Shown here: positions 14,380-26,839 of the stretch, piece by piece | Layout of the letters: every line of letters starts with the position of its first letter | Numbering within the stretch: the stretch's first letter is position 1 | DNA from: Utricularia gibba | Lineage: Eukaryota; Plantae; Magnoliophyta | NCBI GenBank assembly: GCA_002189035.1 | Contig: NEEC01000027.1 | Span: 558,001-622,000, forward strand | DNA length: 64,000 bases | Direction of reading: 5' to 3' | Position numbers and translations under genes: made by a program | Notes under the pieces: generated by a model | What the model saw: only the letters and a program-made list of their open reading frames with translations | Told to the model about the DNA's origin: nothing | Database searches by the model: none

Positions 14380-15996
14380 TTAGTTTGTAGCTCGACTCGC
14401 TGCCTGCAGAGACAGAAAAAAGGGAACTACAGAGAGACGATTTAAGCAAGCATTCTGCATTCCTCTCAGAAGAAATACCTACCATCAATTCATGATCTCC
14501 CATGATCTCTTCAGCCAGCTCCGATATTGTTTTGTCAGCACTATTTGGAACCATGGCAGCAAAAACTGGAGGTTCCAGGCCTGCGCACACCAGCACTGTA
14601 TAAGATGCACTCTCCTAGAGAAAGACATTCCCAAGTAACTGTTCTTAAATGTTGTTCTCCCCTCCTACTGAACTCCAGTTTTGCTTTTATGCAGTCGACC
14701 AAGATTGAACTAAAACAAAATGGTTGGTGGTTCTGACCCAACAGTTAGGAACATGCCTTAATTTCAAGTATTTAGACCTTTTGTAAAGATAAAAAAACAT
14801 GAAGCTTTGAAATAAGATGCCTTCACCAGTTTCAGCGAAAGCATCAATGAACATCATCATCTCTTCACCGCTGAGACCTGAGAGGAAGCAAATTCTTGGA
14901 AATGATGCAGCAACCTGTAGATCTCTAGCTACTGCGTTAAGGTGTTGGATCCAAGGGGCAATAAGATGCAGAATAAAGACAGACGGAGAAACCAACCTTA
15001 GATGCCTCCAAAACAGACTGTTGGGTGTTCATGGCTTCCCAGAGGGTTTGGCTAACCATGTCTTCAGTACAAAATATAATCTGTATTTCAAAAAACATGC
15101 ATATGGAACATGAACAAATCGCTGAAGCTTTTGTTGTTGTGAAAGAAATACCCGGAGAAATTCACCATCTAAGGCCTTCAGAAGGTTTTGGATCTGGAGG
15201 AAGAACAGATGGTTGGAAGTTAGTTGTAACACTGTTAGTATGAAGACAGCACCCCATAGATCTTGGAGAAAGAAGTATGCCCCAGGAATATTACCCCTGT
15301 TGCTTCATGCACCTGAAATCCCAGCAACAATAACGCCTGAAAAACACATGGAAGTGGAGCTGCTTCTCAGCATGTTCTTGTAGATTGTCTCCTAAAAAAA
15401 GCAACTAAATCACACAACTGATCAGAACTTACAGGTGGACCATACTTTGGGTCATCCGTGTTCAAAGGGACGAACTTCGAATCCTCAGCCAATTCAGCAG
15501 GAAGGCCTATACTTTCAATTTCAAAAGGAAAACTCAGGCTAACCCAGACCAATCCTAGAGAAAAGTAATGGATCCCAGAAAAACTTGTAAGAAGATACTG
15601 TTCGAAGACATGGAAGAAAATACATTTGAGGTCTGGTAATCATGAGGGTTCATCCAAGATGATAAATCTAAGGGAACAAGAGGTCTTGGACCTTAAGGAA
15701 AACCAAGCCATACCATTCAATAATTATAGGCCATGAAAGAGCTGTTCAACTACCAAAAACGCAAATGGAATGGAAAGGGAAATAGAAACTCATGTACGGG
15801 ATGAAGTCCAGATAGGAAAACAGGGAGCAGAACCTTCATTTGAAGCTCTTGAGTTCAGCTCCAGCCTCCAGTAAGGATCTCTTTGGGCAGTAAAACAAAA
15901 TTTAGAGAAACCAATCTTCGAACACAACGGTTTCCCAGGTAAATGCAGAGGAATCTGGGTAGCAGGACTTTTGCACGATGTGGATAAAGAAGCCAT
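14380..15996 (-). CDS. DUF3783-type uncharacterised protein with a probable plastid transit peptide
   Basis: MASLSTSCKSPATQ... start at 15996. Exons GLPAELAEDSKFVPLNTDDPKYGPP / ALLLLGFQ / IQNLLKALDGEFLR / IIFCTEDMVSQTLWEAM / PRICFLSGLSGEEMMMFIDAF / LEPPVFAAMVPNSADK..EEIMGDHELM / AASRATN* (TAA 14380-14382). Domain name from recall. Confidence 0.8.
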
Positions 15997-16437
15997 CACT
16001 GGCCTCCCACCTCTCCTACACAACGAATGGCTGATATTTCATTTCTTAGGCATATAAATATGTCTTCTCACCGATTCTGTCTCTTTTTGGATTAATTATG
16101 ATGAAATTGGGACAATTGTCACGGTTTACTTTCAGACGCATATTAGAGAAATGATTTCTGCAAGATTCCTAGGCAAAACAAATGTAAGGGCACGCCTCTA
16201 TTGTTAAATATCCAGGGTTCAAAAACTCTCATCCTATGAACCCATCAATGATCATTTCTGGATTTTTTTGACTCACGTAAGTTCTTGGGAAACGGTCAAC
16301 CTCCAAACCAGCCCAATGGATGAAGACCCCCCAGAAGCAAAACCAGTCGAGAATGCAGATCCCCAGCACACCATGTGTGGATTACAAGGCTGAGATCATG
16401 CACAGGCCTGGTTGTCACCTTGCAGGACGACCCACAT

Positions 16438-19400
16438 TCAGAATTTTCCATCGAATCGCCAAGTAGAGGAGCTGGTGCTAGAATTGGGAATCAGTTCCTT
16501 CATTATTTCCTCAAAGACACTATCTTGATTAGAACCAATGATGTCATCTGACATACCCCCAGTAAAGTTTTGAGACTGAAAGCCTCCGGTGATGGTGTTT
16601 GACGGATCTAGGCCGTTGCCAAAGCTGACCATAATTCCGTCTCCTTCAGATTCTGGAGGCGCACCTGAACTATGAACCATGGCAAAATTCTGATTCACGG
16701 AACGACTTGAATTACCTGGTGCATGCATTGGAACATCAACAACGGGAAGGGAGATGCTATTGGCGACTCTATCTGCTGTAGAGTCTCCAACAGCAACAAA
16801 ATTCTGCATATCAGCGCGCTGCAGGTCATCCAAAAATACCATATTGTCGTTGGAAATTGAAGCAGTCAGACCAGCACTGCTGCTTGATGCTGTAGACCCA
16901 GGATTCAAAAGAAATGAGCTTGGTTTGCTGCAAAGATGCCCCAAATTCTGCGGGATGGAGTCTCCATCATCACCTGAGTATGAAAAATTTCTCCGCTTGT
17001 TACTACCAGCCACTTTGACTCCACCATCAGAGCCTGGATCAGCCAAGCCGTTACTAGTGGCCATTGGATCATTAGAATTCTCATGAACCCTGCCTTCATT
17101 GTTGAAGCTCGTGTTCAAAGATGTGTTTTTGGTGGCAACAACTCTACAATTTCTACTGCCACCATGTTTGGCAGTCTTTTGTTTTGTCGAGGAAATTTCC
17201 ATTTTCGAAATACCTGCTGTCAAAAAGATATCATATACGTTAATTTTCTTCCTCTCAAATGCAAATGATACATAGTAATGCGATCCTGCAGTATGCAAGT
17301 AGCTACATGCGCTTATATGGTAAACGAAGTTCAAGCAAAATTTGAAATACTTTTATGACATCTCAAATGAAGGACAGATTTTTTAAAGAAATTTGCTTCT
17401 ACTCTTCACCTTTATTGGATATCATATCAAAGGAACTGAAGGAATGGAAAATCGTAAGCCACTATCTTCCTAACAAGTTAAAAAAACAGGCGCTACTTAA
17501 CAAAAATCCACTGTCATAGCTGGCCACCATTCATTTAAGTTCAGTTAAGGTAAAAATACCCACCTGAGGCAGTAGCCCTCTGGCGTTGCCGTCTGGAGTT
17601 GCTCCTTTCAGCTTTAATTGAGGAAATCACAGAATCTGCAGACTGCCCCAAACCCTTCCGTCCCACAAACTTGACTCCAATCTTCTCGAGAAAACTGAAC
17701 CTACCATCATCACCCCCCTCACATCTCTCAGTTGAAGGGCTTGTACGTTAGTTATTTGTGCGTAGATGTGGAACTCTTGCTGCTGATTAAAATGTGACTG
17801 AAGCTGCTCAAAAAGTACTTTGTTAGAGTAATGTGGATCTAGTTTCTTACGTTGACCACCAAAAGTCACACGCAAAATTGCCAGTGAATTAGCATGCTTT
17901 CTACCGAAAAGTAAAGCAAAACTGCCAAATTCCGCATCAGGCTGCCTGAATAAATCAGCAAGAAGAGCTGCACAAGTATGTGCGTTTTGTGATGGGTTTT
18001 TCTCTACTTTTAAACCCAAGGTTCGCATCTTTGCATGATGAGCCATGTTGGCTGCTTCTCTAAAGCCACTAAGCAAAGCACCATGCATAGTAGCTGGATA
18101 TCGCCTATTGGTTGCCTCACCTGCAAAGAAAAGTCTCCCATCTCCGACACTTTCTGCTAAAATATCATAGTCATCTCCTGATGCACCTACTGCAACGTTA
18201 GAATATGAGCCCCGACTTAAGGGATCACCACCCCACCTTGTACAAACAGTTTGCACAGGATCTGGAACTTCAATGCCCTGTGGTTCATATATATCTGCAT
18301 TGAAGACAACAAAACATGTATAATCTCACCGAGACAATTTCAAATGAAACACGAACCCATGTAACAATTACTGAACTAGAAAAAGAAGTATTTTACATGG
18401 CCACATAAAAGACATTCCTGCACAATCCAAAAAAGAAAAGTACACAAACTTCAAACAAGGGCCTCAATACCATATATTTAAGCTCTAACAGCTAGTTTTC
18501 TGGCTAAACTACGAGGAGATAAGAAACAGAGGCAGAACTATATGTTTAAATATAACATTTCAACAGGATGCAATTTAAAAAAAAAAAAAACACAGAATGC
18601 GTGTGAACCTCTAAGAATACGAAGCACCCTTTGAACAGATTCAGCAGGTTCCACAACCTCGAATGCATAAGCCGCTTCTCCAGCCACCAAAGCGATTAAA
18701 AGTGGACCTCCAGCAACAGTCGCATAGCTATAAAACAGGAAAAACTCCCCTCGACTGCTGGGATGATCAGAAAGATGCCCAAATGTATCAAGATCAGTTT
18801 CCCAGAAGGCATGAGGAAATAGCAATGCAACCTTGTTCAGCAAGCCAAACCCCATTCTCCTTATTGCATCAAGCTTTCGCTGAGGCAGCTCAGGGATAAA
18901 CTTGATAGATCCGCTTTTTAGGACACCAAGCGGAACAGTGCAAAGAGCCATGTCACATGTGTATATCTGACCACCAGCTACAGAAACCTGTACACCATCA
19001 ACGCCATACCGAATGGTCTGAACAGTTTTCTCAAAATGAATTGGCACGTTTTCAGCCAATGCCTGAACCAATCTCCCATTCCCACCAGGCAAAAAGCAGT
19101 GGTCACCTCCCATGTCATATGGATCATCTTGATCCCAAAAAGCAAGTGAAAGTCTGGATATTAAGCTAGCATTTGCATACTCCAAGTTCGCAACATGCCA
19201 ACTATATAACTTCATCTCCTCCTCGTTGAAGCTTTCCCGAAATGTCTCCATAGCAGCACCCAAGGAAACATCTTGCGAGACCTCTCCCATTGATACCCTG
19301 ACTTTACTTAATTTCTCGAGGAGTTGATTAAATTTATCCTCCACTTTCTGATCCAACTCAGGATCCACAGGGGTTCCATCGACCCTATAAAGAGGGCATT

Positions 19401-20415
19401 TATCCTTCACCTTATGAAGCGTAAGTGATAACTGGCGAGCCAAAATTCCCAATGGATTACCCAGTGTGCCCGTTAACACACTCCCCCCTAAGTCCACAGC
19501 GGCGGACCTATTTTTACTTTCCAACTTCGTTGTATAGACTCGGCCTCCGGCACGTCGTCTTCCCTCTAGAACCGTCACCTTGAACCCAAAAGCCATCAAC
19601 TGCCTTGCAGCAGCCAAGCCCGCCAACCCAGCACCAATTACTATCACATTAGGCTGTTTAGGATCAAGAAAGATTCTTTGTTTGATTGCTGGCGCGACTC
19701 CAAAGTTAATATACCCATATGAAACTAAGTACCCGTAGGCTCTGTCCAGTAGCTGCTGACAGTGCCTTGGAATAACGTTCGCAAACATTTCCTTTGTCAC
19801 CCAGTTTGACACATCCTCACGCCACCTGGAGATTATATGGTTTCTAATTAGTATATAGTTAACCTGTTCGATACCACCAATCTCACCTACCACACCGTAA
19901 TCTATTTCTTCATCAGTGAGTGAATCAGCAGGGAACCCTGCCGTCAATGCAGTCAATGCCTCAGCTGTAGCCTCCTTATTGATAACTATTATCTCATCCG
20001 ACATGTCATCACTGGTTTTTTTCGGCGAATCATCGAAAGCACCACCGGAAACATGCCTTCTATGAAACAACGGCATTGAACTTTCCATCTGAGACCTTTC
20101 CAGGAGCGGTGAACTAGAGGCCAGTACAGGCGCTCGAACGTCATTCATAACACTAGCAAAAGATAAAGATGACAATTTTCTCGACGGATTCCGATTTCCT
20201 GCACATCTTTTCTTTCTAGGGATTGTGGCCGGGAGCAGGTCTTCTACAACGAAATAGTTGGCAGCCCCATCGCCAAGGCCAACGCTGGTATCCGAATTCA
20301 CGCTCTGAACCGAATTAGAAAGTGGGATTGAAGATTCGAGAGGGAAGGATTCGAGATGTGAACCTTGAAGACCATCCGAATTCAAGACAGGCTGGCTTTG
20401 ATTTGGCGCATCCAT
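16438..20415 (-). CDS. FLD: FLOWERING LOCUS D, LSD1-like histone demethylase (SWIRM + amine oxidase). Three exons: 20415-18609, 18294-17564, 17213-16438. Apparent -1 frameshift at 17713-17718.
   Basis: SWIRM region ([22 protein letters not shown]), FAD motif [58 protein letters not shown]. With one extra G the tail reads [31 protein letters not shown] and splices (phase 1) into the 16438-17213 ORF (GISKME...). Total 3315 nt = 1104 aa + stop. Confidence 0.93.
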
Positions 20416-20560
20416 CGCAGATCAGATCAAGAAAGCAGCGAAAATGGGAAGGGCTCAGGACGCCTGCCGACCTTCAAGGAGCTACCGAGCACCATAGACC
20501 GTACTCCAACACGGGCGCACTCCCATTTTCTTTCTAAAAATAAATTCGAAAATCGCATGT

Positions 20561-20574
20561 TGGGCTTGGGCCCA
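20561..20574. promoter_or_regulatory. Clustered site II motifs upstream of FLD
   Basis: TGGGCT-TGGGCC-CA (three overlapping TGGGCY on the two strands) about 150 bp upstream of the FLD ATG. Motif match only. Confidence 0.5.
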
Positions 20575-21425
20575 CACACTTCCTTTGGGTTAACAATTGA
20601 TTAAAATAAAAGCCCATCCAATTTGTTTAAAATAAAAATTAAAATCATTTTTTAGAAAATTTTTAAATGTATAATATTTTCAAACAAAAAAAAAAAAATC
20701 TTATCCTTTTCTCAATTTTCTATATTTTAAGATTAAAATAAAATTACCACCGTACAGGGAAACCTTTCTCCTTAAAGGGAGAATACCTGGGATGTATCAT
20801 CCGAGTTTACCGGTACGGACGGTCATTTTTTTACAGCGCCGCCTGCTGCCGCCGGCACAATACCACCCATGAGGCCTTAATATAAATCTCCTCGTAATCT
20901 TAGATGCCAAAATCATTGGAAAACATGTCTGATATTGAACTTGTTTTTCATACACATGAGAAAATGCAACACAGCATCTGATACCAGAGCTTGCTTAAGA
21001 AGGTTAGAGCTCGCGTAAGAAGGAAAGAAAATACCTTCATTATTGATTCCAACGCAAGCTTGAGTGACTAAAAGGTGAGCAGGTGACAGAGCTCCATGTC
21101 TTCGGCCTCTGCATGCTTATTCCGCTAGAAATAATGTATTTGTTATATCACTTATATCCCGCTATAGAACCACCTACGGCTTCAAAGGGAATCAGTCATG
21201 AAATAAATGTTAATGGATTAAAAGGGAGCTTTAAAACTGAAGATGGAAGAGAAAAAGACCTTATCACCTCACCATGAGCTGCGCTGTGAACCAGACTCGA
21301 AGCCCAGGAGGAACTTATTCTGTGATGCCAACAAGTTGAGGAACCTGGGATAAACAAACAGGCAGTTGTTACGCCACATTTCTAAATTTCTAACATAACC
21401 GCACATTGGTCAGAAGCCTCACATG

Positions 21426-24400
21426 TTACTTGTGCTTCCCATCATGAAACTGAGCATTTTTTGATGATTTGAATGTCTCTAGAAACTCATGAGCCTTTAG
21501 AAGCTCTTCTTTTTGCCTCCGCTTGTCCCACTTGTGTTCAGCAGCCAATATCTCAATGACGCGTGGCACTGCCCTCCCAGCAGCGTTTGTGTCCAGAAAA
21601 GCAAGCCGAGACCTTCTGGCTAGGAAATCCACAACTGTTTCACAATATTCATGCCTGGCGCAGTATGCAACTTCAGCTTCTAGGATGGGGTACCCATGGG
21701 CAAGTCGCTTTCCTAGATTCTCATTCTGCAGGATAACACAAACGGCTTAGCAAATTTCTTTGTTTAGTTTAATTTTACATTGGTACTTTGTTGCTGGAAT
21801 TTTATAGTAAAAAAGGGTTATTTATGATGATCATATGGCATCAGAAAACCAAAACGTGGAAAAAGAAATAAACCATTAATGAAGAAAAACCTGGGCAATT
21901 GCAGCAACTCGCTCTGCTAAGGTGCCGTAAGCATGTGACAAATGTTTTGCTGCAGCGGTGTCCATCACACCAGGAACAATCTTTCCACCATGTGACTTTT
22001 TCATCCTAACGTATTGCTGGGCTAATATTGTGAACAATGCAGGTTCCCATCCATCCGCACCCACTAACTGCAAGTGGTGTGTCACACATTGGCTGGCGTG
22101 GCTCAGCTTTCCAGACTCTACTGCTGCATTCACAGCATCCTCAGCCATGCTGATAATGATTTAGACAAGAAAATGTTACAAAATACGGTTAAGCGTACAT
22201 GGAAAAAGTGTCTGGAAATGGATGACAGTGGGAGGAATTCGTATGTTACCTTCTATATGTAGTCCACTTCCCGCCAGTAATTGTAATTAAACCTGGGAGA
22301 TCTTCGCAGACGACATGGTCTCTTGAGATACTCTCCGTATTTTTAGCTCTGGGATCAACAGCCAAGGGACGAATCCCACTCCATGCAGACAAAACATCTA
22401 CGCGCCGCACCTAATAATCATTGCTAACCCTCAAATACCATAAAAAAAGGGAAACAAAAGACAAATCAGGCGGACTAAAAGGTGAAAGTTTTTTAAACCA
22501 TTCTGATGAACAGTTGATAGATGATAGGAAGTGATAGCCCAATAAAGAAGATGTGTCTATGTTTCAACATCAGAGAACATTCTAATGAATGCATATGATA
22601 AACAATAAGAGAGGAAAAAAACAAAACAAAACAAAAAGAAATCTAATAATATATTTTTCTCCAGAGAAATAACCAAATTTAACAACATAAATTGAAAAAT
22701 ACTCGGAAGTAGAGGAAATAAACATCAAAACCAGAACCAAATAAACCCTATGGAATATGACAAACCTTCACATTAAGATAATCAGAAATGGCATCTAATA
22801 TAAACTCAATCTCGTCCTCGTGAGGCTCTGGCAGCATAGTGATTGCAGTATTTGAGTCTGTTGTGCCAGCTACTGTTCTCCCCAACCATGGAAGCATGAA
22901 TACAACACGACCATCCTTTGTTTTTGGAACGATCAAGCCCATTCCTTCAGGAGAATAGTAGTCAGGAAGCACAACATGAACACCACTGCTGGGACAGATC
23001 ATCGATTTAGCATCATTCTGGCCCATTTTCCTTACAGAATCACAGAATGGACCAGTTGCATTAACAACAACTTTTGCATACACATCAAACTCATTACCTG
23101 CATCATGATTACACAGAAAATTCATCAGAGAAGAGATACAAGTAACTGAAACACAGCAAATGAAAACGAGAATTTCATTATACGGTCAGAGAGTTTCTCA
23201 TACAGCATAAGTTCAAAAAACGTATAGAGTAGATGCCAAGCATGAATGGCATGCAAATGCATAAGGAAATACGAACTTAGTCAAATAGAGTTGCAAAACA
23301 CATTAACATGGAATGTTAAATAAGCATGAAATGCACGAATTTCACGTAAAAAAAAACATGCGGTTGTAAAAAACTTTGCAATCGAGGATCAAGATGACAC
23401 TTTCACCTGATAAATGATTCTTTATGCGAGCACCTCTTACTCTTTGAGTACCCTCCTCCCTATGGAAAGACACTACTTCAGCATGATTTAGGACAGCAGC
23501 ACCTGCTAAAGCTGCTGTACATGCCAGTGCAACATTTAAACGCGAATCATTCATCTGTCCATCAAAATAGACCACGGTCCCTTTCAAGCTCTTATCTTTA
23601 CCGCTTCTTGCTAAAGTAGGAAACAATTCAACTGACTCATCAGCTGAGTAGTATCGGGACAAGTGGAGTAACTGCCTTCCGGCTACTAGATCATACATTT
23701 TCAATCCTGCCCAGTAGTATAGCACCTCAAACCAGTTAAAGCATGGCGTCATGCATGGCAGAGAGTGACAGAGATGACGAGCATTGTCAATAACTTGTTT
23801 TCGCTCTGCTAGGGCATGAAATACTAGTTTCAACTGGCCATAATCCAAGTTAAACACAGCTTTCTCCAAATAGCGAACTCCTGAAACCAACAATCTTGAA
23901 ACAATAAATACTTAATACCAGAAAACCTGGTCACGATTGCGTTTGCTCCACATGATCTGTAAACGTACCTGTATATTTTAGTAATATATATTAAAGTGAG
24001 TAAAATTAACGACAAGTGAACCACTTTAGCATGCAGTATCTATGGGATGACTCGCCTCGTCCAAAAAAAAAAAAAAAAAAAAAAAACAGGAAGCAAAGCC
24101 GACTATGTTCTAAATTGTAAAAAAACGGACCTCCATGAATGAGCTTAGTAGACCTCGACGAAGTTCCGGATGAGAAATCCTCTCTCTCAACAAGCCCAAC
24201 CCGTAGCCCACGAGTAGCGGCATCTAATGCTACCCCACAGCCCGTAGCCCCACCGCCGATTACAAGGACGTCCAGGGGGTTGTTGACGTTAGAGCCGATC
24301 AAGGCGGATTCTTGAAATTCCCTGGGGGTACGGACAAAGAACGATCGGAAATTCTAAGTTTCGCGGCCGTGAAGGTGTCAGCGGAGGCTCCCCGATCACT

Positions 24401-24493
24401 CAAGGCGGGTGCGTTATTGAGGATGGCGACGTACGCAGCCCCTGTCACCGCGATTACGGCACCGATACGGCGGATGCGTAAGGAGGCAGCCAT
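21426..24493 (-). CDS. SDP6: Mitochondrial FAD-dependent glycerol-3-phosphate dehydrogenase (apparent -1 frameshift at 24324-24328)
   Basis: [11 protein letters not shown] start at 24493. [76 protein letters not shown], ending FHDGKHK*. Frame is restored ([15 protein letters not shown]) by one extra C. Confidence 0.95.
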
Positions 24494-24879
24494 CACCACA
24501 GCTTCTTTCAATGAATTTATCAGAGCGTCGAGGATTGAACGCAGAGCATGGAATGAGGAGCGAGGGCAAATTGGCAAGCGGCAACGACGACAGCGACATG
24601 GTTATACCTTGGGAAAAGCGCAGTTGTACCCAAGATATCCTAATTAAATAAATGGGAAAAAAATTCATCCCAAAAAAAGAAAAATAAATAAATAAACATT
24701 ATGCATCATCGTCATTCGGTGGGGGGATCGGATCCTCTACCCTTTTGGAAGTGCGGAGGCAGGGCAGGAGGACGAGGGGAAGATTCTGAATTTTGGCTTG
24801 TAATCTTGATCGATCCGGATGGTTTGGTGTGGAATTCCATCGTCGATGATAACAGCGGTGAGTTGCCAGATGATTAAAC

Positions 24880-25845
24880 ATGGCGTACTTCCTAGAATCA
24901 AAGATGGAAAGCATCAATTTTTCGGTTCTGTCCCCGGGAGTTCTGTGTTTCCAGTCCCCATATTAGGATTCTCTTCATCTTCAGGTATTGTTCAGGCTGC
25001 CTTTCTTCCGAAAAGACTCTAGAATTTGCTGTCATTTTGGGATTTTTCTGTATGTTGACTTGGGGTGTCTTGTGATGAGGAACTTCTCTTATAGTGTCCT
25101 GTAGGGCAAGTGAAGTCGCTTGCTTAGAAACAACGTCCCCCAACATTGTTGTCAATGAAGCAGGGGTAGAGGATTGCTGGGAAGTTGCTGAGATTCACTG
25201 CAGTGTTTTCTTCCCAGATTACTCTTTTCCGGTCGATCTTTTGTTGAGAATAGACAGGGTCCTCGGAATGTTAATAGGCTTTTCAGTCCCAAAGGGCTGC
25301 AAAAGAACCTGCTTGGTTGCTGTTGCTGCAACTCCAGATGCAGATGCATTTTGCTTTGAAGAGAGTGGTTTCAAGACTGGGAGGCTGGGAAATTTCCGCC
25401 TGCATAAAAGGCGTATAGTGGGCATATTGACGGTGGACACAGTAGCCGATTTCCTCCCGAGAAGGAGGCGTCAAAGAAGGTGACTTAACACATGCACGTA
25501 AAAAATCAGTTATGTATCTCGATCGCTGCTAAAAGATGTATCCTTGATAACCTACATGTGTTTCCTGGGGACAGGACAGGAATTGCATATATATCAAATG
25601 TAGCTGTTCCAGAGCAATACCGTAGAAAAGGAATAGCAAAACGCCTCATATTGAAAGCTGTCGGCAAAGCTGCAGCTTGGGGATGCCGTGCCATTGCTCT
25701 GCATTGTGACCTTAACAATGAAGGGGCCACGAAACTGTACATGAGCCTAGGATTCAAGCGTGTTAGAGTACCGGACGGAGCGAATTGGCCTCTGCCTAGG
25801 AATTCTGCTGAAATACAGTTCAATTTCATGATGAAACTTATATAA
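24880..25845 (+). CDS. GCN5-related N-acetyltransferase, plastid GNAT-like (start uncertain: 24870 or 24880)
   Basis: SCRASEV..EDCWEVAEIHCSVFFP..LRIDR..GILTVDTVADFLPR; TGIAYISNVAVPEQYRRKGIAKRLI (acetyl-CoA motif R/QxxGxA); HCDLNNEGATKLY; ends FMMKLI*. Resembles Arabidopsis At4g28030 (recall). Confidence 0.88.
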
Positions 25846-26839
25846 ATCTCCCTCTAACATTCGATCAGTAACTGTAATGGAGTGAGTGAGATTTGTGAAT
25901 GGTGGCAGGAGATTTTTTCCTTCATTATTGCTCCAGCAATACCATGAGCTACAGACAACATCGTACCAAGGAGCTCTGTACTTTGGTCTAGAAATTGCCG
26001 GCGATTTCCCCCCAAAATATATTTTTCGAATTACGCCGGGACAGGAACAGCACAAGTCCCCTTGGATGGGCTGGACAAGTCGACGAGTGACTGGCTGTTT
26101 TCAAGCTTGTGGATGGTGTCCCGTATACTGGATGGCATTGTCAAACTCGGCGTACAGTTTGCTGGAGGATGGAAAATCAAGATGGCAAGGAGAGCCGCCG
26201 TTAACTGAGCCACATATCTGAGGTTGGCCGGCGATATTTTTCTTGCAGAAATTGATTTCTAATGCTGCATTCGGATTACAACAGCATACACTATACTCCG
26301 CAGCAGCAGAATTGCTGGGCTACTTCAGTTCCTTGTCTGAAACCTGTGCTCTAGTGATGAGCGTTCCATGGCCCGCTGTTGTGCATTGACACGGGCATTT
26401 CACTGTCTGCAGGCAACCGCCAGAGGTGTTTGAATGTTGTAAAGTCTGGTCCTTTGGATGGTCAGAAGTGGCGGCGCTCGCCAAACATCTTTATGATATC
26501 ATACCTCGCCTGAATGTGTAGTTTTGATGTCCCATAACGTGAAAAAAAAAACAAGGAAAAGGGCATAGATGTTTGGGTTGGCTGTTTTTCTTGAGGCCCT
26601 CTGATGGGTTACTTCGGAGTCTGGCCCTAACTCTCTGGTAATCAAGCCGTTATGTTGTTATGGTTTCGCCGGCACGGTTACCACTTGAAAGATCTTATCT
26701 TTCTTTCCGCCCCCAAACAGCTTCTGCTCCCCCGAATCTGAATCCACAAGTTGAAACTCGAAAGATCGTTTTTTTCTCAAGGCTCCCAAGCATCCTCTTT
26801 GTCGCCGAATCTGAATCGATAATCTTGGAATTGGGGTGG

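Noticed and set aside
16438-17334. Stand-alone 298-aa orphan gene
   Set aside because: It is better explained as the last exon of FLD, via an in-phase splice and an integer total length.
24063-24086. A24 tract in SDP6 intron 1 as a retroposon tail
   Set aside because: There is no associated body or TSD. Long A/T runs are common in introns throughout the window.
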